Shown here piece by piece: positions 27,301 through 40,335 of a stretch of 64,000 nucleotides of DNA. How positions within the stretch are numbered: position 1 is the first letter of the stretch; each line of letters starts with the position of its first letter. The translations under genes and the position numbers were made by a program. The stretch spans positions 39,246,001-39,310,000 of the forward strand of contig OZ024745.1 in NCBI GenBank assembly GCA_964016885.1. Direction: 5' to 3'. This DNA is from Eledone cirrhosa. Its lineage: Eukaryota. A model generated the notes under the pieces. It searched no databases, was not told the DNA's origin, and saw nothing but the letters and a program-made list of their open reading frames with translations.

Positions 27301-30300
27301 TAATAAAATCTGGCTGTTAGCAGTCTGGTCTTTTGAATGCCTCGGCTGCTAGAGAACAATTATGTTAATAGATGTCATTTGAAATGAGTATTGTGGGAAA
27401 CATTGATGTAAGCAGAAAATAATGTGTTGCTGCTCAACTTGTGTCATTGAACCGACAAACCTGTGAAATACATAACACGAGGAATTTGGACTGGAAATGG
27501 AAATGACTTAGGTAAATATATTTCTATGATAGACATGATATTTCAGTTAATTATGCTGGTGATTTGTTTATCATATAATAACCATAGTTCCTAAGTGAAT
27601 TAACAAAATGACGGATTTTACTATGGAGAATTAGCAAATGTAACCACAGACGTCGCAAGGATCGAGCTTCTTAAATTATTATAAGCCATATTACTTGTTC
27701 ATTAATTTTCAACGTAAGAAGAGGATAAACATTATTTACTGCATCTGTCATTGTTTTGCCATAACATTTATATATCTCACCGAAGTGTATTTATATTTGT
27801 TTCCTAAGAAGGCTGATGGAAATACTACATACAATGCACTGCGACTTGTTCAGGCGACTACATGCTTTGTCTTACTAGATGAGATTCATATTAACAAAAA
27901 TCAATAATACCCAACAATATAGGTGGAAGCTGTCTACCTTAATGATTGTTCTACGAATATCCATCTCATATGTGTTAAAGAAAAAGAGACCATTCATTAT
28001 ATGTTTGAAGCTACAATATTCAGATAGCACACGTGGATATTTAAAATTACTTACGTATTGATTTGCAGTTTCTAAAATTTAGCAAATAAATATTAATAAG
28101 AAAATATTTACTGAATATATGTCACGTCTGAATACACTTAATTTTAATACAACATTTTCTAATCTCATTTCTATTTATATATTTATGAGAGGAATGAAAA
28201 AATAAGCAATAGTTGCTAGGATTCGAAATATGGCCATATATCATGACAGATGTAGATCGGAACAATCAACAAGACGCTGTATAGCTTTAAGTGCTTAGAT
28301 AATTAGACATTTAAAAATACAATTTTAGATAAACTCTCAAATATTTATAGTTGCTTAATTAGCCGCCTCTTTTTCTTTAGAATGTACATTCACGTTTTCG
28401 TCAAGAGCGCAAATACATGGTATGAAAATCCGCAGAGCAGCTGAAATACTTCCGGGTGGTAGACTCTCAAAATAATATTATATCTAAACAAGATATATAG
28501 CACTATATTTCAGCTCATTTTACACAATAAACATCACGTTATAATGTTTACTTGTTGCAATCAGCTGTATATACTCCGGGATTCTGGAAATTACGTTTTC
28601 GCGTGTACTTTAGACGTTAATGCATATCGTCAGAAAATAGCCCCGGTGATGAATAGACATCCACGACGTGCATAACTATGTTGTCGGTTCAGAATATATT
28701 GGTGAAAAGATGCCTTATACACATTAAAGAGTTAAGAAGTTGACAAAATAGAACCTTATTCAATATAGTATGTAGCAGAAAAGGGTCCTTGTCAGTAAGA
28801 ACATTAGAATCATGACACTAATTCTAAGTTTGAAACCTGAGAAGTGATAGATAGAAATATAGAAAAGGGTAGAAAAGACGTATGTACGTAGACCTTCAAG
28901 ATGAATATAAATGTTAATAATTATGTAGCGTTTCAGTTATATTATACATATATAGATAGACTAAGTAAATAGCAGTTATTTCTCTTGCTGACCTATCCAT
29001 TATATCATTAATGGTCATGTGATAGAAGCCTTAGACACTTCAGCAGAAGTCTAAGCTTCACCAAATTCAACAATGCCGAGTTCATGAAATACGTAACTAA
29101 TATGTGAAAATCTAGTTAGAAGTTTATATGTCTTCCGTTAAATGTTCTGGAAAATCGATAAAAGCCATAGGTGTTAGAAAAAGGATCAACGAATTTAGAA
29201 TTGAAAGACATTAAACATAATCAGATTTACAGCAAATTTAACGACATCAATGTTAACATCACCCCCTTTCTAAACAGGAAGCAATATAGTTTCATCAATT
29301 TACGCACGAAAACTTTTGTATACATCGGTTCAATTGGGCGACAGAGGAATATTGATATTTGCACAATCAATTGATATATGTGAGCGAGAGCGAGCTAGTG
29401 AGAGAGTAAATGGGAAAGTATATCAGAATATCGTCCTAATTAAGTGAAAGCCTGCATTCTATTACAAGGGCAGGACAACTAAGTAACAAGCACAATAGCT
29501 TTAGACACTACTGGATGACAAGGTATTAATCACATTATAAAATACGAAGAAATGTAAAATATAAATATTAACTGAATATTGAATTGCTAGAGTAATGAAG
29601 CAAGATCATTGAAGAAACTAACATGTAGTACATTTATGTTTGTTTATTCAATATCCAATGTAGACCTCTTAATATTCTTGCCGTTAGAACTGAATATTTT
29701 AAAAGATTTCAATTTAACATTCACGTACATAAATTGTTGTAGCAATTAACTCAGGAGTGTTTACGTATATTAGAGTTTCCAAGAATTCTAGTCAAAAACA
29801 TGAATAATTATGAAATGCAATAAATGCACATGTGTTGACAAAATTAGACATAGGAAGCAATTCATTTTTACTCGTATAATCAATGATTATCAATTAAGCA
29901 ATTATTCGCTGACTGCAATGTGAAACGTATGAAGTTATGATACTCTAGCTGCTGGAAAGTAGTAGTTATCAAATATGAAATCTTTCAATAAGCTTGAGAT
30001 CCAAATAACACGGCCAGTCTCTGTAAGTGTAATAATTAAATGAAGCGAAACGCTAGTAGTCATCCAGCAAGAAGATGTGTGTTAGAGCCATGGGGAGGTA
30101 CTGATAGTGTTCAAACTAAATTTATTGACGTCATTTTGCGTGAATCATTAATTCTAAAGCAACACAATTTCAATATATATATAGCTATGGACCAAATACA
30201 CCTATAGCTATATTATGACCAATGATATTCAACATAACCATTCATATTTATTATGTTGCTCACGTTGACGCTTGCCTCTTACTAATATCAGAAACGGTAA

Positions 30301-30482
30301 AGTTAAGCCTGGATCCATCCATTCTAGTGTTAATTCATTTTGTGTAACTGTACCAGCTTATTACTGCCGTTGAAAAAACTGCGTATATTCCGACATGTTC
30401 ATTTTCATGTTGTTCCTTCTTTCACATTCAGTTACCTTCCTTTTATTGATGGATTGCTGCAGCCTCATCCATATGTTTAGCA

Positions 30483-30774
30483 CAGAAGTTCTCAAACTTG
30501 TTGAGGCCCCTACCCCACGTGGCTACGTTAGTGCCACCAACTCTATTTCTGGAGACAGCTGCCTACACACAACTACTAAATAATATATAATAAATAATAA
30601 ATACTATGTAAACATAAATATGTAATCTTATTTTATTATATTTATATATAATATACATTATTTGACATTCAATATACTATTATGTACTCTTTAGCGCCTC
30701 CTTAAGCCCAAGCGCCACCCTGGATTCTCTCAACACCCTGCAGGGAGCAGTAGCACCCACTTTGAGAACCTCTG
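30483..30774. mobile_element. hAT-type MITE (about 290 bp)
   Basis: Imperfect TIRs CAGAAGTTCTCAAA / TTTGAGAACCTCTG; flanking 8-mers GTTTAGCA and CTTGAGCA (6/8 identical) fit a decayed 8-bp TSD. Confidence 0.7.
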
Positions 30775-31100
30775 CTTGAGCAAAAGATGCACAATAAGAT
30801 TGACAAGAGGCTACCATTTTCCTGTGATGGTCATATGCAAAACTACGAGTTTATTGAAGCTCACAACCTCTGAGAGAGACAGTGTATTCATGCACACCAG
30901 TTAACCATGCCTTATGATTGTTACATTCTGATGGCTCTTTTCCATAAATACATATTTCTACCAGATAGTGGCATTCACTGCAATTAGACATCATACGGCT
31001 TTAGACAGTTGTTTCAGTAAAGAATAGTTGTAATTATGTTGCTATATGTCTGTGCGTTAACGGACGACCGCATCTGAATTTTTAATATGTCCTTTTCTAT

Positions 31101-31159
31101 AATGCGTTAATATACATTATAATGCGTTAATATACATTATAATGCGTTAATATACATTA
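31101..31159. repeat. 20-bp tandem repeat x3
   Basis: AATGCGTTAATATACATTAT repeated three times. Confidence 0.95.
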
Positions 31160-31568
31160 GCATTCTTTTACTTTGGGTATTTAATATGGTGATGACATAT
31201 TTTCTTATTTTAATGGCACAATTCTGATATGCTTTCTTTGCTGCACAATTGTTTTCTTCCACTATCGGTTAATAGGTGCATCTTCGTTCATTTGATATAT
31301 AATAGTTTTAGTTTCCTATGGATATTTTCTCACTGATCAAATTCTTGTGAACTATTGTTAAAACAAACCAGTCTTTTCGAAGAAAATATCAATGCTATGT
31401 TTCTAACGCGAATCTCCTCTCGCCAAATATGTTCTAATCTCACATGTTCAGCATTTTAATATGTCACATGAAAATCATGTTTTAATATATATATTGCTTT
31501 AGGCAACTTAATTTAAATACTTTTAATTTTGTGTTAATTGTGCAATTTCCATTAATGTCGGTTTACTG

Positions 31569-31569
<1 letters not shown>

Positions 31570-31616
<47 letters not shown>

Positions 31617-31729
31617 TGACTACAACGAATACTACTACTACAGCTGTTGTTGCCACTACTACTACTGCTGCTGCTAATACAACTACTACTACTACTACTA
31701 CTACTACTAATAATAATAATAATAATAAT
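31570..31729. repeat. Compound (ACT)n-(AAT)n microsatellite
   Basis: Seen directly. Confidence 0.95.
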
Positions 31730-34700
31730 GCTTTCTTTATTAAACACAAGGGTTTACATAAAGTAGACATTAAGGACAGTACAGGACAATACAGGTCGGT
31801 ACAAATGGGCATTTCTGCGTGTAAAAAAAACAGAGGATGTAATAAAAAAATAACAATGAAAAATTCCCCAATAGGGGGGAGACTTCCGAGAGACATTTGT
31901 GGAGAAAGCCCATTAAAAGCCCACAGTGAACCTGACCACCAAGGCAAGTGCCTTCTCCCAGTTGTCCACCTTTAATTTGCAGACACATACTCAGAGTAGG
32001 CCCATTCACACGGGCCATACTTGCTTCTCTCGCCCATCTTTCAACAAAATGCTGGGAAGAGTGCACATCCCTCTCTACCTTGATTTTCCTTTTCAAATGA
32101 AATTTGAAAAAGTTAATCAGGGCATCACCGAAGAGGTAAGTGCTCGTCTTCAGCCCTTTCAAACGTGTCCACCATACTATCTCTTTCGATCCGTGTAGCT
32201 TAATATCTGGTCCGTATAGCTGACTATCTTGAATTGTCGACAGCCTATGCTAGACCTATCTATTTCTCTACAAAATATTCTATCTAGATATGATCTGGAT
32301 GACCCTATGGAATTTGTCCAAATCCACATTGGCACATTCGGGAAATCTAATCGCTACGTGTCAAACAGTTCAAAACGCCTGAGCAGGTTGATGAGACTCT
32401 TGCACACTCCTCCCCTATCCGCTAATCCCACACAGTTCCAGCGTACATCTAAGATCCCGTTCCAGTCGCCCACTAACACTAAAGAGCGGGTCGTTCCAAG
32501 AAAGGTCTCCAGACGCAGGAAGCAATCAGGCCGCCCTGCTCCTGTCGGGGCATAGACGGCCACTAGCCTGAAAGCTTGCCCGTCTTCGCTGGTCACATCT
32601 AGCACCACCAACTTACCTTCTGGGTCCAGGAAGATGGCCCGTATGGCGAGATCCAAACCTCTCCGAAAAAGAACAGCAACTCCTCCCGCCGATCCCGGAG
32701 GGCTGGGAGAGCGTACACATCGTAGCCGCCGAAGATCGGTGCAAAGGCCCGTGCTTCGGACATTCTGGTCTCGCTGATGGCCACTACATCTATGTTTAGT
32801 GACCTGAGGTCGTTGAGCAGGTGGCCCTGCTTCCATGACGACCCCAAGCCACGCGTATTTATGCTGCCTATTCTGAGTGAGGTCATGTTGAACTGGAGTG
32901 GAAAAGATGGGAACGACTACTTACCTTACTTTTTCGTAGAGGAAGGATGGTTTGTCCATCCTTTTCACTGCTTGTGGCCTCCTCCGGAAGGATGTACTTA
33001 TAAATCCTCCTGGAGAGTGTTTGTCGGAAGTCTCCGATGTCTTTGGGGAATTTTTGCTTTAGTCTTGTGTACGTTTTCTGTGTGATGCGAGTGATTTGTA
33101 TGTGTGGAGGTGGTGTGAACTTTTTGGGTCGTTGTGTAGTCTTTTTCTGTGATGCTGGTGTGGAGAAGCAAGTAGTGTAATAATTGGTTGTTTTTCAAAT
33201 TTAATGCTGTGTAGTGTGTATCGTTTTGGTTGTTTTGTTTTGTTTACGTTTGTTGTGGGTTTGTTTCTGTTACGCTTTTTGGTGACTTTTGTGGTGTTGG
33301 TGATGGTCGTGTTGGGGCTAATGATGGTGATGGTGTTGGTGTTTGTGATGATGGGGTTGGTGATGCTGGTCTGGATGGTGTCATATCTGCCCTGACTTTT
33401 TTGTTTGATAATTTATGTTTCCCTCTGTATTTTGTTTTTGGAGGGGGAAGGAAGATGATTTTTTCTTTTTTGGTTTCTTTTTTGGTTTTTTCTTGATACC
33501 GTTTCCCACTCCTCGTCGTCACAATCTGTCTCCAGTTACGATAAGCCGGGGAGTGGAAAATCCTCCACAGGCGTTGGTTTTGGTTGTGGCGTGGTGGATG
33601 GTGTAGGCGCTGGTGCTAGTTTTGGCGCGTTGGGTGGTGGTGGTGGTGGTTTTTCTACTGTTGCTGGAGTTGTTGATATTACAGTTGTTTCTGTTTTTGC
33701 TGCTACAGATGTTGCTGCCATTTCTGCTGTTGGTGGTGTTGATGGTTAAGTTACTGGGGTGGGTAAGAGAGGTGGTCTCAACCTTTTAGCCTGAGAGCAG
33801 AAAGTCCCTAGGTGGGTTCTTCACCACAAACAACCAACCTAGGCCTTCTCTCCTCGACGATTATGGTGAGGTGGCTGCCGTCAGTGAGGTCTATTACCTC
33901 TGGGATCTTCTCAATTCTTTTATGGTCCGCTTGGATCAGGAGCTCCATCCCCGATCCGGAACAGCTCTCCTGCTTTTCTTTCGCTATTTCAATTATCTTG
34001 GTGTTCGTCTCAATGCCGGCGAGGACGGCAGCAATTAGCCAGGGAATTTCGATGGCCGGTGGAACGTGGGACACCCTGATCTTCACAAGTCTCTGCCCAC
34101 AATAGCTCGGGACGAGTGTGAAGTCGTCACTTCTTAATGGGGCCATGGAGTGTTCTCTGGCCTCCTGTGGTGTTTCAAAGAACATGTCCACGGTTCCATA
34201 TTTCTACCCACGTCTGATGTGGGGTTTCTTTGCCCACATATGTCCCAAAGCTTTTTGGATTTGGGACTCGGATGTGCGTTCCACTCGGCGCGATTTTATG
34301 TTAATTGTCCGATAAGACACAGTGCATAGGCGTCGTTGCTCCATTTTATTCGGTGTGTGTGTGTGGGGGGGGGGACTGACCCTGTACCCATCTTTCTTTA
34401 CCATTCATTTGGCTTCTTCTAATTCCTCCTGAGTTACCTGGATCGCTTCGCACGTTTTTGCTACTCTGGCAAAACTCAGGGTAGTTTTCTTAATTTCATT
34501 GTTGCTGTTGTTGTTATCGTTATTTATGTTATTGTTAATTTTAGTTTCAGTTGTGGTGGTGGTGGCGTCAGTGGTGTTCGGTGTGGAAGAGTTCACTTTG
34601 GTTGAATTCATTTCGATATCACGAGTTAATTTATTTTTTCTTTTGTTTCTGTTGTCGCTGTGGTGGTGGTATGGGTGCAGGCTTTAACACCTGCAGTCAT

Positions 34701-35067
34701 TGGTAATGGCGAGAAATGAACGTCTGCCTGAGACAAATTAAATATATTGCTACTGCTTACATGTCCAGTGTTGGCAAACGTAGCAATATTTACAATGGTG
34801 GTGTCGGTGTGAGGTGTTAGATTGTGAGGAAGGAGTGACTCTGAGTCATCCATGATTTTTCAAAGAAAATTTTTGTTTGATAATTATAAAAAGTTTAAAT
34901 TTTGGGCTCAAGGCCCCGACATTTTTGACTGCCCTTTTCAGAATTTAATGTATGTGCACTTATATACAGTTAACAATAAACATTTTCCATAAATGGCAAT
35001 TTTAAACAATTGAAAATGACAAACTTTTGCGGAGCTCACGATGATACGATTTACTACGTAGGTCGTC
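31730..35067 (-). mobile_element. L1/Tx1 LINE (ATT family) with both termini intact but the RT deleted
   Basis: Same 5' start and 3' end as 12235-17933; ORF1 fragments; ORF2 ATG at 32886 (MTSLRIGSINTRGLG); endonuclease joined directly to the ORF2 C-terminus near 32190; (AAT)n on both sides. Confidence 0.95.
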
Positions 35068-35111
<44 letters not shown>

Positions 35112-35120
35112 TAATAATAA
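35068..35120. repeat. (AAT)n tract separating head-to-head Tx1 and Dong
   Basis: Seen directly. Confidence 0.95.
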
Positions 35121-36926
35121 AAGGCATTTGACATGGTGTCTCATTCTCGGATCGCCAAAAGCCTGGTGATCTTCAAGGTGGCAGATAACGTCAGACAGTT
35201 GTTGGGCAAAAGTATGAGGTCCTGGGAAACAGAGTTGATATCAACTGGAGAATCCTTGGGAAGCGTGAAGATCAAGAGAGGTATCTTCCAGGGAGATAGC
35301 CTGTCCCCTCTGCTGTTTGTCCTTGCCCTGATGCCCCTGACCAGTGTACTGCGAAAAGTGAGAGCAGGATACAGGTTGGGAAATGGAGGGCTTACCATCA
35401 ATTACCTCCTCTTCATGGACGATCTTAAGCTCTTCGGGAAGAGTGAGAAGGAGTTGGATGTGCTTGTTGACACTGTCCGTATTTTCAGCAGTGATATATG
35501 TATGCAGTTTGGTATTAGTAAGTGTGGAGTCATTGTGATGAGGAGGGGTAGGTTGAGCAGAAGTAACGGAATCCAGATACCAACAGGTGAGATGATAAAG
35601 GAAATTGACTCTGAGGAAGGATACAAGTATTTGGGCGTTCTGGAGGCTGATGGCATAAAGAACAAAAAATGAAGGAATTGTTAAGAACTGAATACATTCG
35701 GAGAGTAAGCAGCGTATTGAAGTCACATCTGAACAGCAGAAATGCCATAAGCGCAGTAAATTCCCGAGCTCTGTCTATTATTAGGTATAGTGCGGAAATT
35801 CTGAGATGGAATGTTGCTGAACAAAAAGAAATGGATAGGAAGACTAGGAAGTTATTAACTATCTACAACATGTTTCACAAGAGGAGTGATGTCGATAGAC
35901 TCTACTTAAGGAGATATGAGGGTGGAAGAGGTTTTATCAGCATAGAGGACTGTGTTCAGATGGAGAAAAACAACCTACACAAATACGTGACTGATAGTAA
36001 GGAGCCAATGCTCAGAACTGTACTGAAGGAGGGGACAATAGGCCAGGGGATGTCCAAGGAGGAAATAACATCAAGGAGAAAGAGCAGCCTTCAGGACAAA
36101 TCCCTTCATAGTACCTTCTTTGAGAAAACTGAATTTAGAGATCCACAGACATGGAACTGGTTGAGAACAGAGGAGACCTTAAAAAGGCTACAGAAGGAAT
36201 GTTAATGGCTGCGCAGGAGCAGGCACTCAAAACGAAGTGGCTGAAACACCATATTTACAAGGAGGAGGATAGCCCACTGTGCAGGATATGTGGAGAGAGA
36301 GAGGAGACTGTGGCTCTCATTGTATCCGAGTGTAAACACCTAGCCCAGTCCCACTATAAGGGCTGGATACATGATGTGATGGGCAGGGTGATCCACTGGC
36401 ACCTGTGCAAAGTAAACAATTTACCACATTCTGAGAAATGGTATGAGCATAAGCCAGAGGCGGTGATAGAGAACGATCAGGTGAAGGTGCTGTGAGATTT
36501 TAGGATACAGACGGACAAGAAACTGGAACACAATAGACCTGAGATGGTGGTTGTGGACAAAGAAAAAAGATCGTGTCTGATTGTGGATGTGGCCTGCCCA
36601 TTCGACACGAGAGTGCAAGAGAAGAAGAGGGGGAAAATTAACCGATACCAGGACTTAAAGTGGGAGGTAAAAAGGATTTGGAACTGTCATGAAGTCAAAG
36701 TGATCCCGATTGTCATAGGTGCACTAGGGACTATCTCCAAAAGTTTCCAGGGATGGTTAAAGAAAATCGGCCGCTTCACGCATTTTGGAACGCTTCAAAG
36801 GCATGCTTGCTGGGAACAGCAAGAACCCTCCGATACGTCCTGAATATCTGAGGCTGCAGGTAGTGGCTTGATATTCATTCCAACGGACTTTCCAGTTAAC
36901 TAACATCAATGATTGAGACTCAAGGA
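35119..36926 (+). mobile_element. R4/Dong family A, 5'-truncated (RT, zinc finger, RLE, 3'UTR)
   Basis: ORFs 35133-36843 with KAFDMV, GIFQGDSLSP, FMDD, CRICGEREETV, NRPEM, DVACPFD; a few frameshifts; (AAT)n tail. Confidence 0.95.
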
Positions 36927-36953
36927 ATAACAATAATAATAATAATAATAATA

Positions 36954-37136
36954 ATTGTTTCTACTTTTTGGCACAAGGCCAGCAATTGCTCAGTGCATTA
37001 CTGGTACTTTATTTTATCGAACCCGTAAGGATGAAAGGCAAAGTTAACTCGGCGGGATTTGAACTCAGAATGGCAAGGGCCGCAACTTTATGCGTCAAAG
37101 CACGGTGTCTAACTCTCTACCGATTCTGCCAATCCA
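36954..37136 (-). mobile_element. MetaSINE inside an (AAT)n tract
   Basis: Family sequence on the minus strand with AAT repeats on both sides. Confidence 0.9.
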
Positions 37137-37150
37137 AATAATAATAATAG

Positions 37151-38850
37151 TATGTTCATTGTTGGCCATAAGGACCGAATTATATAGGACGATACAAAAA
37201 ATAGAGGCAATTGGGATTTACGAATCGAGTAAATTAGATGCAATCGAGTAAAATAGAGGCAATTGGGATTTACGAATCGAGTAAATTAGAGGCAATCGAG
37301 TAAAATAGAGGCAATTGCGATTTGCGAATCGAGTAAATTAGAGGCAATCGAGTAAAATAGAGGCAATTGGGATTTACGAATCGAGTAAATTAGAGGCATT
37401 TCGGATTTACAAATCGAGTAAATTAGGATAAAATAGCCAAAAAAGAAAACAATTTTCACAATATAATTTACCAAACATGGATGCGGATCACACATAGAAG
37501 ACATACGCACCTTAGTAATCCGAAACAACCATACTCTCCGAGAGCACCATAGGAGGGTGCCCCTCCGGTGATAAAAATCCATATTTGGTGGGGTTTCTTA
37601 TGAGAACCCCTTTAAATAAGAAAACGGGAGGCTTATACATTAGGAGGTCCACATTATACGGGAAGATCTCCCTAATGATGTTATAAGTCGTTGGGCCCAT
37701 CGGCAATATATTGTGTGTTTGTGGCATTTTGAGGGTACTAGTTGCAAAGATTTTCCCATCTCTCTTAATCTTTTTGGTTCGTGCTATCAAGTCCATCCGT
37801 TCTTACTTGGCTTGTATTATTACCTGGACATCAGGTGTATATATTGTTGATTGTTAATGGTAATGGATGTAATGTTAGGGGATGCCTTATTGTTGCTGCT
37901 GTGGAAGTGTCTGTTTTGCTTTTTTTGTAGATGTGTTAACATGCTGCAGGATCATATTATTTCGGATGTATTATATATTTATTTTATTTTTATTTTTTGA
38001 CCTATTCGTGTATCTCATTCATTTGATTCAGATGGGTTTTGTGGGGTGCGAGTGAAGTTAAGTGTGAGTGTTTTGAAGTGCGCAAGGGGAAGAGCTACGG
38101 TAGATCTTCTTCTGAGAGGGCCTTTAAGTTTCATGCAGATATTGCTGCTTTGGGTAGTGTTGTGTTTGCTGGTGATGGTGTTTCTTTTGCTGCTGTTGGG
38201 TGTATTGTTGGCCTTTTGCCACTTTCGTAGACGTTGCTCTTGTTGGTGTTGGTGGTGTTGTAGCTGCCAATGGAGCTTTTGCTGTTGAAGATGATGTTGC
38301 TACTGTTAGTGCTATTGTTGTTCCTTGCTGTTGCTGTTGCACTTTTTAGGCCCCTTGTGTTGACAGTAAGGAGGTATTTGAGTTCCTTGTCTTGTATTGA
38401 AGGGATAATGCTCTGAAATGACCACTGAGTCCAACTCTCAAATGACTAATTTGCCCCTTAAAGACGACAACTGGAACATCTACCCGCAATAAAAATATGC
38501 AAGTCCACTACTGATGGAAGGGGTATCAGATCTGGTGCATTGTGGATATCATCTGGTTTGTAGTAGGAGTATTGCCTTGATACCAGACGAATCAACTTTT
38601 GACCAATTGGTATTTATTCGCCTCTCACTCTGCCCAACAAAAGCAAAATAAGGATGAACCACTGAATTGTCTGATACACAAATAGTATCATATCCAAAAT
38701 TACATTGAGCTCCGAAATTTTAGAAAATAGGTAAGTATAATATTTTGATATTATTCCTTCCTGATGCGCTTTATCTACAAATAAATTGATGTATCCTCTC
38801 TCGATTTTCGTTATGGGCATTAAAGTGTTCAATCAGCTGAATATCGCAAT
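37151..38850 (-). mobile_element. Degenerate Tx1-related element with ORF1-like sequence only
   Basis: Minus strand: APDLIPLPSVVDLHIFIAGRCSSCRL*GQISHLR (knuckle region), T/Q/P-rich linker, GPTTYNIIREIFPYNV (cf. APQDTYKTLKNNFKEDV), then 3'UTR ending GTCCTTATGGCCAACAATGAACAT plus ATT repeats; 5' limit uncertain. Confidence 0.6.
37200..37425. repeat. Composite minisatellite, 52-bp higher-order unit (33 + 19 bp)
   Basis: AATAGAGGCAATTGGGATTTACGAATCGAGTAA + ATTAGAGGCAATCGAGTAA three times, then two 33-mers. Confidence 0.92.
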
Positions 38851-39764
38851 CATAAATTAACACATAAATGCTAGCATATTCCACATATATGGGTATACAT
38901 TTGAGAATTCTTAGGTGCAATCAAGTCCCGATATATGAAAAAGCACAATCTCTGAATACAATTTGAATACACACCAGTCGTTTCGTGATTGGGGAGTGAT
39001 CTCTCTTACCACACAGCCATGAGTGTTACAACCTAACTAATATGTATCATTATATCACATGAATCGTGTACATGTTAATAGAAAAACAAATTGTTACTTC
39101 TAAATGTTTATGTTTTAAAGGAACATTTCCGTTTCAAATCAAAATTTCCTCGTAATATGAACGCAAATCTTTGAAATGATTCATTTATTTGACATTTTCA
39201 TATTATGCTATATTATCGAGAACATTGCGTAACAGAGAATTTACGATAGAACGACTGTTGAGTTGAATAGATAATATGTGTGATCAGGGAATAAACAAAT
39301 CTATTAAAATGAATAGCTTCACGGAAATGAAAATGCCATCACTACTAAGATTCATATAAACAACAATGTATTCATGAGATAAGCACGTCAATTATTAGGG
39401 AGCTGTCTACGTTTAAAAATGGCTTGGAATCATGCGTTTTCTTCCCACTGAAACAAAAGCCAAAGAGGTGGCTAACAACAGTGTATACATATATGCCCAT
39501 GAACCGCTTGATAAAGCAATGAAATTCTTCCAAATTACATTCCGAGGTCCTAAAAATATGTTCAATAATATCCTAGATATACAAAATGGTGGTCGGTTGA
39601 GAGCCTAAACCCATTTTGCTATTGCTCGACGAAACCGCGCATGAACTGACGCTGAATACAAGCAATATAAGTATATATACTGCGATATTTGTTCCCGTTT
39701 GAAGTAAATACTTAAGCGTATGTCATTGTAAATTCGTAAAAGCCTTGGATCCTAGACCCCCCCC

Positions 39765-39767
<3 letters not shown>

Positions 39768-39808
<41 letters not shown>
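39768..39808. repeat. (TA)n microsatellite
   Basis: Seen directly. Confidence 0.95.
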
Positions 39809-39810
<2 letters not shown>

Positions 39811-39855
39811 CCTTTCTGGCATATTTTGGCAGTGGTATTTTGGTTATCGTGTTGA

Positions 39856-39936
39856 GCTCTACTGATGAACGACTCGAACCGTTACTAATCCCACTGAACA
39901 GTTTCGTGAAATAGTATTTTAAAGACTATATAGAGC
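39856..39936 (+). ncRNA. Type I hammerhead ribozyme motif
   Basis: Stem I GCTCTA/TAGAGC; core CTGATGA (39862-68); stem II ACGA/TCGT; GAA; stem III ATAGT/ACTAT; AUA triplet with predicted cleavage after A39930. Confidence 0.85.
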
Positions 39937-40149
39937 ATTTGTTGTTTTTTCCAAATTGAAGGATGAGTATTTAAACTTTATTTTATTCTGAGTTAAAACT
40001 CGATTGGTTTTTTTCCCTGGATTTCACTAAATCTGTGGATAAAATCTCTGTCTTGATTTTTTTTTTAATTGAGTTTGAATTTTGTTCCCATATCTTGCGT
40101 TAAATATTTTCCATTTTGACGGTATAGTCAATTATATATTATGAAATAC

Positions 40150-40335
40150 TTGTTTCTACTTTAGGCACAAGGCCACCAATTACCCAGTGCATTACTGGTA
40201 CTTTATTTTATCCACCCCGTAAGGATGAAAGGCAAAGTCAACCTCGGCGGGATTTGAACTCAGATCGTAAAGGGACGTAACTATGCTTGAAAGCATGGCG
40301 TCTGACCCTCTACCAATACTGCCAATCCACCGGCC
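40150..40335 (-). mobile_element. MetaSINE, full length, with 18-bp TSD
   Basis: TTATATATTATGAAATAC at 40132-40149 and 40336-40353. Confidence 0.93.

Noticed and set aside
10567-36926. Clusters at 10.5-17.9 kb and 31.7-36.9 kb as one inverted segmental duplication
   Set aside because: The Dong copies adjoining the Tx1 5' ends are truncated about 100 bp apart, the copies are clearly diverged, and the unique flanks do not match; independent insertion into the same repeat type explains it
37200-37425. Repeat-spacer look reminiscent of a CRISPR array
   Set aside because: The intervening segments are themselves repeated, there are no unique spacers or cas genes, and the context is eukaryotic
38340-38380. 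LLTVNTRGLKS resembling the start of an APE endonuclease
   Set aside because: Followed by low-complexity ORF1-like linker with no other APE motifs; probably chance
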